64,000 nt of DNA from an uncultured Acidobacteriota bacterium (GCA_963823995.1 CAWGNQ010000005.1:514510-578509), one strand, 5' to 3'. Counted from the first letter of the stretch, positions 10,574-20,340 are shown. Made by a program: numbers and translations. Notes: a model not told the origin generated them from the sequence alone.

Positions 10574-11195
10574 GGTGCCCTCCTTTCCCCGCCGCCTCCA
10601 GAATGGCATCCCGGATCCCCATATAGGTCCCGCAGCGGCAGAAGTTACCCCCCAGCCCCTTCTCGATCTCTTCGAGCGAGGGGTTGGGATTTCGATCGAG
10701 AAACGCTTTGGAGGCCACGACGAATCCTGGCGTGCAAAAACCGCACTGCTGGGCGTCGTTGTCGACGAACGCCCGCTGCATGGGATGCATGTCCTCCGGT
10801 GTTCCGAGCCCTTCGATCGTGACGATCTGATGTCCCATGGCTTCGATGGCCAGTACCGAGCAAGCATAGACCGGTTTATCGTCCATCAAAACCGTGCAGG
10901 CCCCACAGGTCCCACGGTCGCACACCTTTTTGGTTCCGGTCAGATCCAGAACGTCTCGAAGGGTGTCGAGCAACGTGACCCGAGGCTCCACTTCAAGCTG
11001 GTGGACCTTTCCGTTGATGCTGAGCTGGATCGGGACCTTGCCGGGTCCCAAAATCTGCGTTCCTGCCTCACTTTTCGCGAGTCCGGCTTGCTGCGAGATG
11101 AGTGCGGCAGAGACGGCACCGGCCGTGCCGCTCCTGAAAAAGTCTCGGCGAGACAGGCCGGAGCCATTCTGCTCAGGTTTCTTGTCCTTGGGCAT
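10566..11195 (-). CDS. Xanthine dehydrogenase family, [2Fe-2S] small subunit with TAT signal peptide (PaoA-like, periplasmic)
   Basis: Twin-arginine motif SRRDFFRSGTAGAVSAAL. Two 2Fe-2S cysteine clusters (CDRGTCGACTV and CGFCTPG...CRCGTY). Confidence 0.9.
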   Translation of the reverse strand: MPKDKKPEQNGSGLSRRDFFRSGTAGAVSAALISQQAGLAKSEAGTQILGPGKVPIQLSINGKVHQLEVEPRVTLLDTLRDVLDLTGTKKVCDRGTCGACTVLMDDKPVYACSVLAIEAMGHQIVTIEGLGTPEDMHPMQRAFVDNDAQQCGFCTPGFVVASKAFLDRNPNPSLEEIEKGLGGNFCRCGTYMGIRDAILEAAGKGGHHA

Positions 11196-11834
11196 TGGAC
11201 TCCTCCTTAGCTGGCTGAAATAAATGCGTTAGATCGGAGATTCTCTATGATATCGATCGAGAGATCCTGCGACAAGTCATTCCGTCGAGCACGCGACAAC
11301 ATTCAGGTTCCCTGGATCTCAGCGGGGTCCGATTCACATCAATGGTTACCTTTGTATTGACACAAATATTACGTATTACCGTTGGTGTCTATACCCCTTT
11401 CGGACCCGAGCGCCTATCACTCTCATTTCGTTTGCTTTACGGAGAGGATAGGACCAAGCCAACCGGCGGAAACGGGCGAATTCCGTCGCTTCACCGACTT
11501 CATAGAGATTACGATTCAAATTTCGACCGGTTTTCGAAGGGCCCTGGCAGATCCTATCTAACCAACTTGTTTTCAGATACTTTCATCTATTACATCAAGG
11601 CGGCTTCGGCGTGGCACCCATCGTGCTCTCGGGAATGGCGGGTGGGAACTTACAGTTTTTTGGATCGTTGGAGGAAAACTCGGTTCCTGATTAAGGGGAA
11701 TTGCAGGATCTTCCTTCGCGAGGGACCGGGCGAGCCATCCCTCACTACTTCCACTGCTTCAAACACCATCTGTTCTAGGGGACTCGACACGGTCCGTCAC
11801 AGTCGCCCCGACGACATTTGAGGAGGGTCAGTTC

Positions 11835-12422
11835 ATGAGTACTTTGGTAAGCGTACGAGACAACGTTCTGGGAGATTTCGAAGATTTGTCGAAGGCCGAG
11901 CGACAGGAATTGATGGCACTTGGACTGCTTTCAACAGCGGGCTCGGTCCGGCCGTTTCGCGAGGCGCCTCACGAACCCGGGTTTTCATCGGTCGAACGCC
12001 AGGCTGTCTGCGCCCCGTCGGTGCTCAACGAGGCCTCTGAATACGGGTCCGCCTTTTCGCGGGGGCTTCGTCTGGAGCTTGACTCCTATGCGCTGATCTT
12101 CATCTCGGGCACGGCCAGTGTCGATGAGGTCGGCAATACGGTGCACAAGGGAGATCTCCGAGCGCAGTGCTGGAGGACTTACCGGAACATTACGGAACTC
12201 CTGGCAGCCCAGGGGGCGACTTGGCGGGACGTGGTCAAGTGCACCTGCTACCTCCGCGACATCGAGCGTGATTACGACGAATTCAATCGAGTGCGCACCA
12301 CCTTCTTCGATTACCTCCAACTGAATCCCCTTCCCGCCAGCGTCGGCATCCAGGCGCGGCTCTGTCGGGAAGACCTGCTGGTGGAAATCGAAGCGATCGC
12401 CATTCTCAAGAAAGAAAAGTAG
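11835..12422 (+). CDS. RidA/YjgF/L-PSP family protein with N-terminal extension
   Basis: C-terminal 130 aa show the Rid fold pattern (ISGTASVD...CYLRDIERDYDEFNRVRTTFF). GAGGAGGG RBS before the ATG at 11835. Confidence 0.85.
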   Translation: MSTLVSVRDNVLGDFEDLSKAERQELMALGLLSTAGSVRPFREAPHEPGFSSVERQAVCAPSVLNEASEYGSAFSRGLRLELDSYALIFISGTASVDEVGNTVHKGDLRAQCWRTYRNITELLAAQGATWRDVVKCTCYLRDIERDYDEFNRVRTTFFDYLQLNPLPASVGIQARLCREDLLVEIEAIAILKKEK

Positions 12423-12591
12423 TCGGATTACCGGGAGTGAACTCGGGTCATCGATGTGCTCGACTTTGTCCCGCGGTTTTCTACAGTAAAAGATGTCGAT
12501 TTGGTGGCTGCATGACCTCGATTCTGCAGCGACCGTCGCTCGTTCCGATGGCTGCTGAGACTTCTCCCTCGTGCCTGAACGGAGTACCCGA

Positions 12592-14547
12592 ATGAAGCGT
12601 CACGATCGCCTGCTCTTCCGGTTCCTTCTGATCCTGGCGATCGGAGCCTGTCCGTCTGTGCTCGGCTCGGACAAGGGACGGCAAGATTCGCTGGTCTTCG
12701 TCGAAGTTTCCCCAACCTCGCTTTCGGGCCTCCGACCCGAGCGGACTGCGACCCTGCGGTCCGACGTGTGCTCGGGCGCCCATCTGGTCCGCTGGAACCC
12801 AACCGGAGAGAAGAAGGTCCTGAGCGCCGGCTTTGAGAGCGCCTGCGAACCGGATGTCTCATTCGACGCCCGCCATATTCTGTTCGCCGGCCGGCGTCAT
12901 GCCGGAGACGCCTGGAACATCTTCGAGATCGACGTCGATGGTCGGAATCTGCGGCAGATCACCCGCGAGGCCGGGAATTGCCGTCAGCCTCGATATCTAT
13001 CGAACTACTATGTCATTACGGCGGACGAGCCCTGGCTGCAGATCCTGTTTGTCAGCGATGCGGCGGGCGAGTTGAATGAGAAAGGAGACTGCCCCGCGAC
13101 CGACCTCTACTCCTGCCGGATCGACGGATCCGAGATCCGGCGTGTCACCTACAATCCGTCCGCGGACCTCGATCCTTTCCTGATGTGGGACGGACGGATC
13201 CTCTTTTCGAGCTGGCAAAGCTCCCTGCCCCGTTTCGGAAGCCGGGGGCGGATGCGGATCTTCGCCATGAACGTCGATGGGACCGACCTCACCGCCTTCA
13301 CCGCGGAACAGGGGCTTCGGGTGCAGCGGATGCCCGCGGTGACTTCAGAGGGGCTGGCAGTGTTCGTCGAGTCGAACGAGACGGTGCCGGATGGCGGGGG
13401 GCAACTAGGCCGCGTCGAACTGCGCAGGAACCTCCACAGCTACCGCTCGCTGACCGGACCCTCCGACGGCCTGTTCCACACTCCGTCGCCACTTCCCGAC
13501 GGCTCGCTACTGGTCTCCTGGCGCGCAAACAACGCCTCGCAGCCGTATGCCCTGTTCCGGTTCGACCCTGAAACCTCGAAGCTCGAGCCGCTCTACAGTG
13601 ACCCGTCACGACACCTCCTACAGGGTCATGTACTCCGCCCCCGACCGCGACCGGATGGCCGCTCGAGCGTGGTCAACGACGCTCACCCTTACGGTCAGTT
13701 CTATGCCCTCAATATCGGAATCAACGACTTGACCGACCCATCCTGGCTCGCACCGCCGACGGCCCGGCGGATTCGGGTCATCGAAGGGCTTCCCCGGCAT
13801 GTGTCCGATCCACCCCCGTCGGTGGGATCCCCCTACCTTCCCGGACGGATCCTGGGGGAAGCTCCGATCCACGAAGACGGATCGTTCTTCTTCGAGGTTC
13901 CGGCCAATCTGCCGATTCAGCTCCAACTGCTGGATCAGAGCGGAATGGCCCTGCGCAGCTGCGGCTGGATCTGGGTACGCAACAAGGAACCCCGCGGGTG
14001 TATCGGATGTCACGAGGACGGCGAGCGCACGCCTCCCAATCGTCTCGTCGAAGCCGTCGAGACGCCCCCGGTGCGACTCACGCTTCCCGCACCGCAGAGA
14101 CGTTTCGTGGATTTCGACCGGGACGTCCTTCCGGTCATCGCCTCCGGCTGTGCAACGGAAGCCTGTCACGGAAACGAATCGAACCGGCTCGACCTGAAGC
14201 CGACCGCCTCCGGTCCGCGCACGCCCGGATATTCGGCCCGGGTCTATACAAAGCTCGCCGAGGGTCTGGGTGCAGACGATGATCCGACGCGCGGTCGCTG
14301 GATCCATCCCGGCGAAGCGCGGACAAGTCCCCTGATCTGGCATCTGCTCGGTCGGAGCGTCTCGCGACCGTGGGATCCCGTTCCGGCCCATCCCGAGAGG
14401 ATTCCTGTCGGAGGGTCCCCCCTGTTGCAGCCCGCACAGCTTCGCGTGTTCGTCGAGTGGATCGACCTCGGAGCGCAGGGAAGTTCCCGCGTCGCAGATG
14501 CCGCCCGGCGTGCAGTTGCGCCCGCCCCTTCAGGAGCAAACGAATGA
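12592..14547 (+). CDS. Secreted PD40/TolB-like beta-propeller fused to a PSCyt1-type (Planctomycete cytochrome c) domain
   Basis: Signal peptide MKRHDRLLFRFLLILAIGACPSVLG. Propeller repeats. C-terminal CIGCH (CxxCH), then DVLPVIASGCATEACHGNESNRLDL, which matches the PSCyt1 consensus but with CX4CH. GGAG RBS before the ATG at 12592. The stop overlaps the next start (ATGA). Confidence 0.8.
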   Translation: MKRHDRLLFRFLLILAIGACPSVLGSDKGRQDSLVFVEVSPTSLSGLRPERTATLRSDVCSGAHLVRWNPTGEKKVLSAGFESACEPDVSFDARHILFAGRRHAGDAWNIFEIDVDGRNLRQITREAGNCRQPRYLSNYYVITADEPWLQILFVSDAAGELNEKGDCPATDLYSCRIDGSEIRRVTYNPSADLDPFLMWDGRILFSSWQSSLPRFGSRGRMRIFAMNVDGTDLTAFTAEQGLRVQRMPAVTSEGLAVFVESNETVPDGGGQLGRVELRRNLHSYRSLTGPSDGLFHTPSPLPDGSLLVSWRANNASQPYALFRFDPETSKLEPLYSDPSRHLLQGHVLRPRPRPDGRSSVVNDAHPYGQFYALNIGINDLTDPSWLAPPTARRIRVIEGLPRHVSDPPPSVGSPYLPGRILGEAPIHEDGSFFFEVPANLPIQLQLLDQSGMALRSCGWIWVRNKEPRGCIGCHEDGERTPPNRLVEAVETPPVRLTLPAPQRRFVDFDRDVLPVIASGCATEACHGNESNRLDLKPTASGPRTPGYSARVYTKLAEGLGADDDPTRGRWIHPGEARTSPLIWHLLGRSVSRPWDPVPAHPERIPVGGSPLLQPAQLRVFVEWIDLGAQGSSRVADAARRAVAPAPSGANE

Positions 14548-16187
14548 GCCTTCCATGCAACAGAGTCCTGCTCCCGGTGGTCCTGGTCCTGACCATGTCC
14601 GGACCGGCAACAGCAGCCGATCAGGCGGAACCACTCCCCGTATTCACCGACATCACGGAACCGTCCGGAATCCGCTTCAAACACAGCTATGGCGACTTCG
14701 ACCTCACGAACATTGTCGAGGGGACCGGGGCCGGCGCCTGTCTGTTCGACTATGACGCAGACGGCTGGCTGGACATCTACTTCCCCAACGGCGCCTGGGA
14801 GAAAGCCATCAACGACAACCGCGGTCGAAAGCTGCGAGGGAAGCTCTTCAATGCCCTCTACCGAAACAACCATGACGGGACCTTCTCGGACGTCACGGAT
14901 CGGGCCGGCGTTGGTGACCCGAGTCCGAGTTTCGGCTGCTCGACCGCGGACTTCGATGCGGACGGGGATCTGGATCTGTATGTCCTCAATTACGGACCGA
15001 ACGTCCTCTACCGCAATAACGGAGACGGCACCTTTGCCGACGTGTCCGCCGCCAGCGGTCTTGCAGATGCCCGCTGGAGCCTTTCCGCACCCTGGTTCGA
15101 CTATGACAACGACGGCCATCTGGACGTCTACGTAGCAAACTACCTTAAATACGATGACGGCAAGTTCCGTGCATACTATGCGGCGTCCGGTTATCCGGGT
15201 CCGCTCAGTTATAGTGCCGAACCGGACGCGCTTTACCGCAACAACGGGGACGGGACGTTCACGGACGTCACGAAAGAGGCCGGCCTCTACAAAGACAACG
15301 GTCGCGCCATGAGCGCTACCGTGGCCGATCTCAATGGCGACGGCTACCTCGACATCTACGTGGCCAACGACGCCACCGAGAACTACTACTTCGAAAACAC
15401 GGGCAAAGCCACATTCGTCGAAAAGGGACTCAACCTCGGACTCGCCTTCGGCGAACACGGGCAGGGCGTCTCCTCCATGGGCCCCTTCGCAGGAGACATC
15501 GATCGTAACAATCTTCTGGACATCTATATTCCGGACATGGGGTACAGCAGTCTCCTGATGAATCAGGGAGAGTTCTTCGAAGACTGGACCACTCACTCGA
15601 AGGTTGCCGTCTCCTGCGGGCAGTACACGGGCTGGGGTGGACTCCTGCTCGACTACGACAACGACGGCTATCTCGACCTGTTCGTGTCGAACGGCAACGC
15701 CCATCACGAGTACACCGAGGAGGACGTCCTCCTGCGCAATGAGGGGGCCGGAGTCTTTGCCGACGTCTCCGACCGCTCGGGTGACTATTTTCGTGTCAAG
15801 AAGGTGGGCCGGGGCTCGACGTTCGGGGATATCGACAATGACGGGGACCTGGACATCCTGGTCGTCAATCTGAACAATACGCCCAATCTCCTTCGCAATG
15901 ACGGAGGAAATCGCAACCACTGGCTCGCCGTGCTGCCCCGCCTGACCGGCCCGTCACGGGATGCAATCGGTGCCCGCGTCACTGTGACCGCCGGCTCGCT
16001 GACCATGATCGAAGACCTGATTCCGGTCCGCGGGTACCTGTCGCAGATGGACCCACGGCTCCATTTCGGCCTGGGCCAGGCCGAGCAGGCCGATTCGGTG
16101 GAGATCCGCTGGCCCGGTGGTGAGGTACAACGGCTCGAAAACGTGAAGGCGAATCAGTTCCTCGAGGTGGTTCGCGGCGCTCAGTGA
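14544..16187 (+). CDS. CRTAC1-family protein (FG-GAP/VCBS repeats plus ASPIC/UnbV C-terminal domain), secreted
   Basis: Repeated YRNNGDGTF-DVT and DYDNDGxLD motifs. C-terminal UnbV-like RWPGG...QRL. Signal peptide MSLPCNRVLLPVVLVLTMSGPATAA. AGGAG RBS. Confidence 0.85.
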   Translation: MSLPCNRVLLPVVLVLTMSGPATAADQAEPLPVFTDITEPSGIRFKHSYGDFDLTNIVEGTGAGACLFDYDADGWLDIYFPNGAWEKAINDNRGRKLRGKLFNALYRNNHDGTFSDVTDRAGVGDPSPSFGCSTADFDADGDLDLYVLNYGPNVLYRNNGDGTFADVSAASGLADARWSLSAPWFDYDNDGHLDVYVANYLKYDDGKFRAYYAASGYPGPLSYSAEPDALYRNNGDGTFTDVTKEAGLYKDNGRAMSATVADLNGDGYLDIYVANDATENYYFENTGKATFVEKGLNLGLAFGEHGQGVSSMGPFAGDIDRNNLLDIYIPDMGYSSLLMNQGEFFEDWTTHSKVAVSCGQYTGWGGLLLDYDNDGYLDLFVSNGNAHHEYTEEDVLLRNEGAGVFADVSDRSGDYFRVKKVGRGSTFGDIDNDGDLDILVVNLNNTPNLLRNDGGNRNHWLAVLPRLTGPSRDAIGARVTVTAGSLTMIEDLIPVRGYLSQMDPRLHFGLGQAEQADSVEIRWPGGEVQRLENVKANQFLEVVRGAQ

Positions 16188-16206
16188 GCCAGGGAGATCA
16201 AGACTC

Positions 16207-19062
16207 ATGCGACTCAGATTGCTGCAGTTGATGCTTGGCGGCGCACTTCTGTTGACCGGCTTGGCACTGGGCCAGAGCCAGAAGGAACCGATCTATGTAG
16301 GAGCTCGGGCCTGCGGTCAGTGTCACGACGGCCCGGGAATGGGGCATCAGTTCAGCCAGTGGATCGTCTCGAAGCACGCCCGCGCCTACGCCGTCCTGTC
16401 CAAGCCCGAAGCCAAAGAGATCGCCCGTCTGAGCGGAATTCCGCAGGAGCCGCAGGAGTCCGCGATGTGCCTCGGGTGTCACGCCACGGGAGCCGAGGTC
16501 GAGGATTGGGAACGCGAAGACGGGTTCCGGATCGAAGACGGTGTCCAATGCGAGAAATGTCACGGGGCCGGCAGCGAATATATGGACGCTGAGGTGATGA
16601 AGAATCCCGACGCGGCCATGCGTGCCGGTCTGCGCAAGATCCGGCTGTCCGATTGTCAGATGTGTCACAACGAGAAGGGTTCTCACGTAGCCGTGCACAA
16701 GCTCCCGAAGCTGGATATGGAGGAAGCCTGGAAACGCCTGGCCCATCCGATGCCGGAGAATCCCACCACGGCCACCGTCGAGATCCCGACGGGTCAGGCC
16801 AGTGAGGGGTCCGCCGGACACAAGTTCGTAGGAGCCCACGCCTGCGGGTCCTGCCACCGCTCCGCCTCGATGGGATTTCAATGGAGCCGTTGGCGCTTGT
16901 CTGCGCATTCTGGAGCCTTTGGGCGCCTTGCGACCGAACAGGCCTATGCTGTTGCCCGCGAAGCAGGAGTCGAGGGTAATCCCCAGGAGAGCCCACAGTG
17001 TCTCCGATGTCATACGACCGGAGGAGGCGATCTTTCCGGCGCGCTGCCCTCCTTCACGCTCGACGAGGGCGTCGGATGCGAGGCTTGTCACGGCCCTGGG
17101 AGCGACTATCAAGCAGAAGCCGTGATGCGGGACGGGACCGCCGCCACCCAGGCCGGTCTTCAGATTGCCGATCGGGAGAAATGCCTCACCTGCCACGACG
17201 AGGCCCACGGGAAGCCCTTCGATTACGCCGCAGCCTGGAAGAAGATCGCGCATCCCAACGCCCCGCCGGAAGTGGTCCGGGAGGTCCGCTACAAGAATCC
17301 GCTGAACCTGGCCCTGTCACCCGACGGGAAGGAGCTCTACGTGACCTGCGAGGCTTCCGATTCCGTCATCGTGATCGATGCCGTGGCACATCGCAAGGTG
17401 GCCGAAATCCCGGTAGGAGGACAGCCTCATGATGTCGCGTTCAGCCCCGACGGTCGGTTCGCGTATGTCACGAACCGGCTCGACGACAGCCTTTCGGAGA
17501 TCGACACCACGACTCGTACCGTGACACGGACGGCACCGGTCGGCGACGAACCTCATGCACTCCTCACCAATCGGGAGGGGAACCGGATCTACGTGCTCAA
17601 CTCGTCGGAAGACAGCATCTCCATTCTCGACTCTTCGACGCTTCAGGAAGTCAAACGGCTGACCGCCAGCCGTTATCCCTGGTCGATGGCGCTCTCGCCC
17701 GACGGAGAACAGCTCCTGGTCACCAATTCCCTCTCGCGGTTCGTCCCGTTCCGGACATCCTCAGTTTCGGAACTGACCGTGGTCGGTACAGAGCGGAACC
17801 TCGTCGATGATCGCTACGCCGTCGACGGCACCAACCTGCTGCAGGGCGTGACCTGGCACCCGAGTGGAGACTACGCCCTCTTTACGCTGCTTCGTACCAA
17901 GAACCTGGTACCCATGACCCGGTTGGCGCAGGGCTGGACGATCACGAACGGGCTGGGTATCGCCTGGAAGGACGGCCGGATCGACCAGGTTCTGCTCGAC
18001 GAGCCGGACATGTGCTTCCCGGATCCGGCCGGCGTCGCCATTTCTCCCGATGGCCGGTATGCTTTCGTGACCAGTGCGAGTCTCGACCGTGTCGCGGTCG
18101 TCGACCTCGCAAAGCTGGTCGGCATTCTGCAGTCCGTGTCGGATGCAGAGCGGAAACAAGTGATCCCCAACCACCTTGGATTTCCGACCGAGTTCATCGT
18201 CAAGAGGATACCGACCCGCCACAGCCCGCGGGGGGTGGTCTTCAGTGCGGACGGCCGGACCGCGTTCGTCGCCAACTGCCTTGACGATTCGATCACCACG
18301 ATCGACGTCGCGTCACTCGAAGCCACCGAGCGGATCGATCTGGGTGGACCGAAGAAGATCACGAAGGCCCGACTGGGTGAACAGCTTTTCCACAATGCCA
18401 AGATCACGTTCCACCGCGAGTTCTCTTGCCACTCCTGTCATCCCGACGGCCATGTGGACGGAATCACGTATGACATCGAACCGGACGGCGTCGGCGTCAG
18501 CCCGGTCGACAACCGGACGCTGCGGGGCATTCTCGATACGGCTCCCTTCAAATGGGAAGGTACCAACCCCAGCCTGCAACGCCAGTGCGGTCCGCGCCTC
18601 GCTGTCTTCTTCACCCGGATTCAGCCTTTTACACCGGAAGAACTGTCGGCACTCGATCTCTACATTTCCACCATCACCCGACCACCCAACCGATACCGGC
18701 CCCTGGGAGCCGAACTCACTCCCGCCCAGCGCCGCGGACGGGCGGTCTTCGAAAGAACCGTGACGAACGACGGTCGGCTTCTGCTTCCGGAGCAGCAGTG
18801 CGTTTTCTGTCATCCGCCACCGCTCTATACGAACCGACGGAAGTTCGACGTCGGAACGCGGATGCAGTACGACCGCGAGGTCCGGTTCGATGTTCCGCAC
18901 CTCAACAACATCTACGACTCCGCGCCCTATCTACACAACGGAATCGCTCCGACCCTCGAGGAAATCTGGACGGTACACAATCCGAACGACAGCCACGGTG
19001 TGACCAACGATCTGACCAAGGATCAGCTCAACGATTTGATCGAGTACATCAAGACGTTCTGA
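16207..19062 (+). CDS. Multi-domain c-type cytochrome: two tandem tetraheme modules (8 CxxCH), a YVTN-type beta-propeller, and a C-terminal di-heme cytochrome c peroxidase/MauG-like domain (2 CxxCH)
   Basis: N-terminal CxxCH motifs CGQCH, CLGCH, CEKCH, CQMCH, CGSCH, CLRCH, CEACH, CLTCH, arranged as an internal duplication of ~175 aa. Central repeats of the SPDG..YVTN type (ALSPDGKELYVT, AFSPDGRFAYVTN, ALSPDGEQLLVTN, AISPDGRYAFVTS, VFSADGRTAFVAN). C-terminal FSCHSCHPDG ... CVFCHPPPLYT resembles the CCP/MauG fold. Signal peptide present. Confidence 0.85.
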   Translation: MRLRLLQLMLGGALLLTGLALGQSQKEPIYVGARACGQCHDGPGMGHQFSQWIVSKHARAYAVLSKPEAKEIARLSGIPQEPQESAMCLGCHATGAEVEDWEREDGFRIEDGVQCEKCHGAGSEYMDAEVMKNPDAAMRAGLRKIRLSDCQMCHNEKGSHVAVHKLPKLDMEEAWKRLAHPMPENPTTATVEIPTGQASEGSAGHKFVGAHACGSCHRSASMGFQWSRWRLSAHSGAFGRLATEQAYAVAREAGVEGNPQESPQCLRCHTTGGGDLSGALPSFTLDEGVGCEACHGPGSDYQAEAVMRDGTAATQAGLQIADREKCLTCHDEAHGKPFDYAAAWKKIAHPNAPPEVVREVRYKNPLNLALSPDGKELYVTCEASDSVIVIDAVAHRKVAEIPVGGQPHDVAFSPDGRFAYVTNRLDDSLSEIDTTTRTVTRTAPVGDEPHALLTNREGNRIYVLNSSEDSISILDSSTLQEVKRLTASRYPWSMALSPDGEQLLVTNSLSRFVPFRTSSVSELTVVGTERNLVDDRYAVDGTNLLQGVTWHPSGDYALFTLLRTKNLVPMTRLAQGWTITNGLGIAWKDGRIDQVLLDEPDMCFPDPAGVAISPDGRYAFVTSASLDRVAVVDLAKLVGILQSVSDAERKQVIPNHLGFPTEFIVKRIPTRHSPRGVVFSADGRTAFVANCLDDSITTIDVASLEATERIDLGGPKKITKARLGEQLFHNAKITFHREFSCHSCHPDGHVDGITYDIEPDGVGVSPVDNRTLRGILDTAPFKWEGTNPSLQRQCGPRLAVFFTRIQPFTPEELSALDLYISTITRPPNRYRPLGAELTPAQRRGRAVFERTVTNDGRLLLPEQQCVFCHPPPLYTNRRKFDVGTRMQYDREVRFDVPHLNNIYDSAPYLHNGIAPTLEEIWTVHNPNDSHGVTNDLTKDQLNDLIEYIKTF

Positions 19063-19095
19063 AGCGTATGCAGCGGACAGGAAAGGACATCCAAC

Positions 19096-20334
19096 ATGCA
19101 ACCAACACTGAGGCAATCCACGCGGTGGTTCCTCGGCTTGATCTCCGCCGGCGCGCTTAGCTGTTCCGGTCTTTCGGCTGGAGTCGAGGATACCCCGGCA
19201 GTCGATGCACCTGAACTACCCTACGTCTATACCGATTGGGTTCAATACACGACGAAGGAGGGTCTTCCGAACGATCACATCTTCTCGGTGGCGGCGGCCT
19301 CGACGGAAATCTGGGTCGGCACCGAGGATGGCCTGGCGGTGATCGACAAACAGACCGGGAAGGTCAAGAAGACCTGGAAGATGGAAGACGGCCTGCCCTG
19401 GAAGGTCGTCGCGGGCATTGCCGTCAACGAAAAGACCGGTGAAGTCTGGCTGGCCCTTTTCGGCGGAGGTCTGGCCCGCTACTCGGCGGGACGATTCGAC
19501 CACTGGCATCAGTTGAACAGCGGACTCGTCAACGACGTCGTCTATGGGGTCGCGCTCGAAGGGGACAACGTCTGGTGCGCCACGACGGCCGGAGCCAGCC
19601 GCTATAACACCGTCTCCGGAGAATGGACCATCTTCAACGAGAAGAATGCTCCGATGGAGGAGATCTGGAACTACGGCGTCTCCTACAACGACGGCAAGGT
19701 CTACCTCGGCGTCTGGGGCAGCGGTGTGCTCGAATACGACGTCGCTCGCGGAACCTGGAAAGATTACCTCGACCCGGACGGCGAGATGGAAATCGATCTC
19801 TACCGCGACGACGGGATCGTCCACGTGATCACGACCGGAACCAGCTATATCGACGGAATCCTCTGGGTTTCCACTTACTTCGGAGGAAACCGCTACGACG
19901 GCCGCCACTGGCGGGGCTACTATTCGCAGGAGACCGGCCTGCCGAGTGACTTCATCAACGCCGTCAAAGGCCGTAGCGCCGACGAGGCCTGGTTCTGTAC
20001 GGACAAGGGGGTCGGGGTCGTCACCGATTTCACATCGGATACCTGGGTTACTTATACGATGGATCCCGAAACTCACGAAGGCATCGCCGTCGTCTCGCGG
20101 GGAACTGACGTGCTCAAGACGCTGAGGACACCCTCGGGCATTCCCCACAACTACACACTGTGTGCAGACGTCGATGGCAAGGACGTCTGGGTGGGGACGT
20201 CCAAAGGCCTGGCTCGAGGTGTCGGCCGCGATTACTTTGCCGGCCTGCGCGCCTTCCAGAGCCAGCCGGAGAGTCCGAACGGAACGCAAGCCGGTGACCC
20301 TGCGAAGAGCACTGCTCGTTCGAACAGAAAGTAG
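19096..20334 (+). CDS. Secreted two-component-regulator-propeller (Reg_prop) repeat protein with no kinase domain
   Basis: Repeats of the GT.DGLAVID, WVGTSKGLAR and VWCATTAGASRY type. Signal peptide MQPTLRQSTRWFLGLISAGALSCSG. ATG at 19096 with AGGAAAGG RBS. Confidence 0.75.
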   Translation: MQPTLRQSTRWFLGLISAGALSCSGLSAGVEDTPAVDAPELPYVYTDWVQYTTKEGLPNDHIFSVAAASTEIWVGTEDGLAVIDKQTGKVKKTWKMEDGLPWKVVAGIAVNEKTGEVWLALFGGGLARYSAGRFDHWHQLNSGLVNDVVYGVALEGDNVWCATTAGASRYNTVSGEWTIFNEKNAPMEEIWNYGVSYNDGKVYLGVWGSGVLEYDVARGTWKDYLDPDGEMEIDLYRDDGIVHVITTGTSYIDGILWVSTYFGGNRYDGRHWRGYYSQETGLPSDFINAVKGRSADEAWFCTDKGVGVVTDFTSDTWVTYTMDPETHEGIAVVSRGTDVLKTLRTPSGIPHNYTLCADVDGKDVWVGTSKGLARGVGRDYFAGLRAFQSQPESPNGTQAGDPAKSTARSNRK

Positions 20335-20340
20335 GTTGCC

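Noticed and set aside
11342-11821. 159-aa plus ORF in the long AT-rich intergenic region
   Set aside because: Low GC, atypical codon usage for this genome, no RBS, no motifs. The region is treated as non-coding or regulatory instead.
16198-17253. 351-aa minus-strand ORF inside the multiheme cytochrome gene
   Set aside because: Antisense, Gly/Arg-rich, no motifs. The plus frame carries 8 CxxCH motifs.
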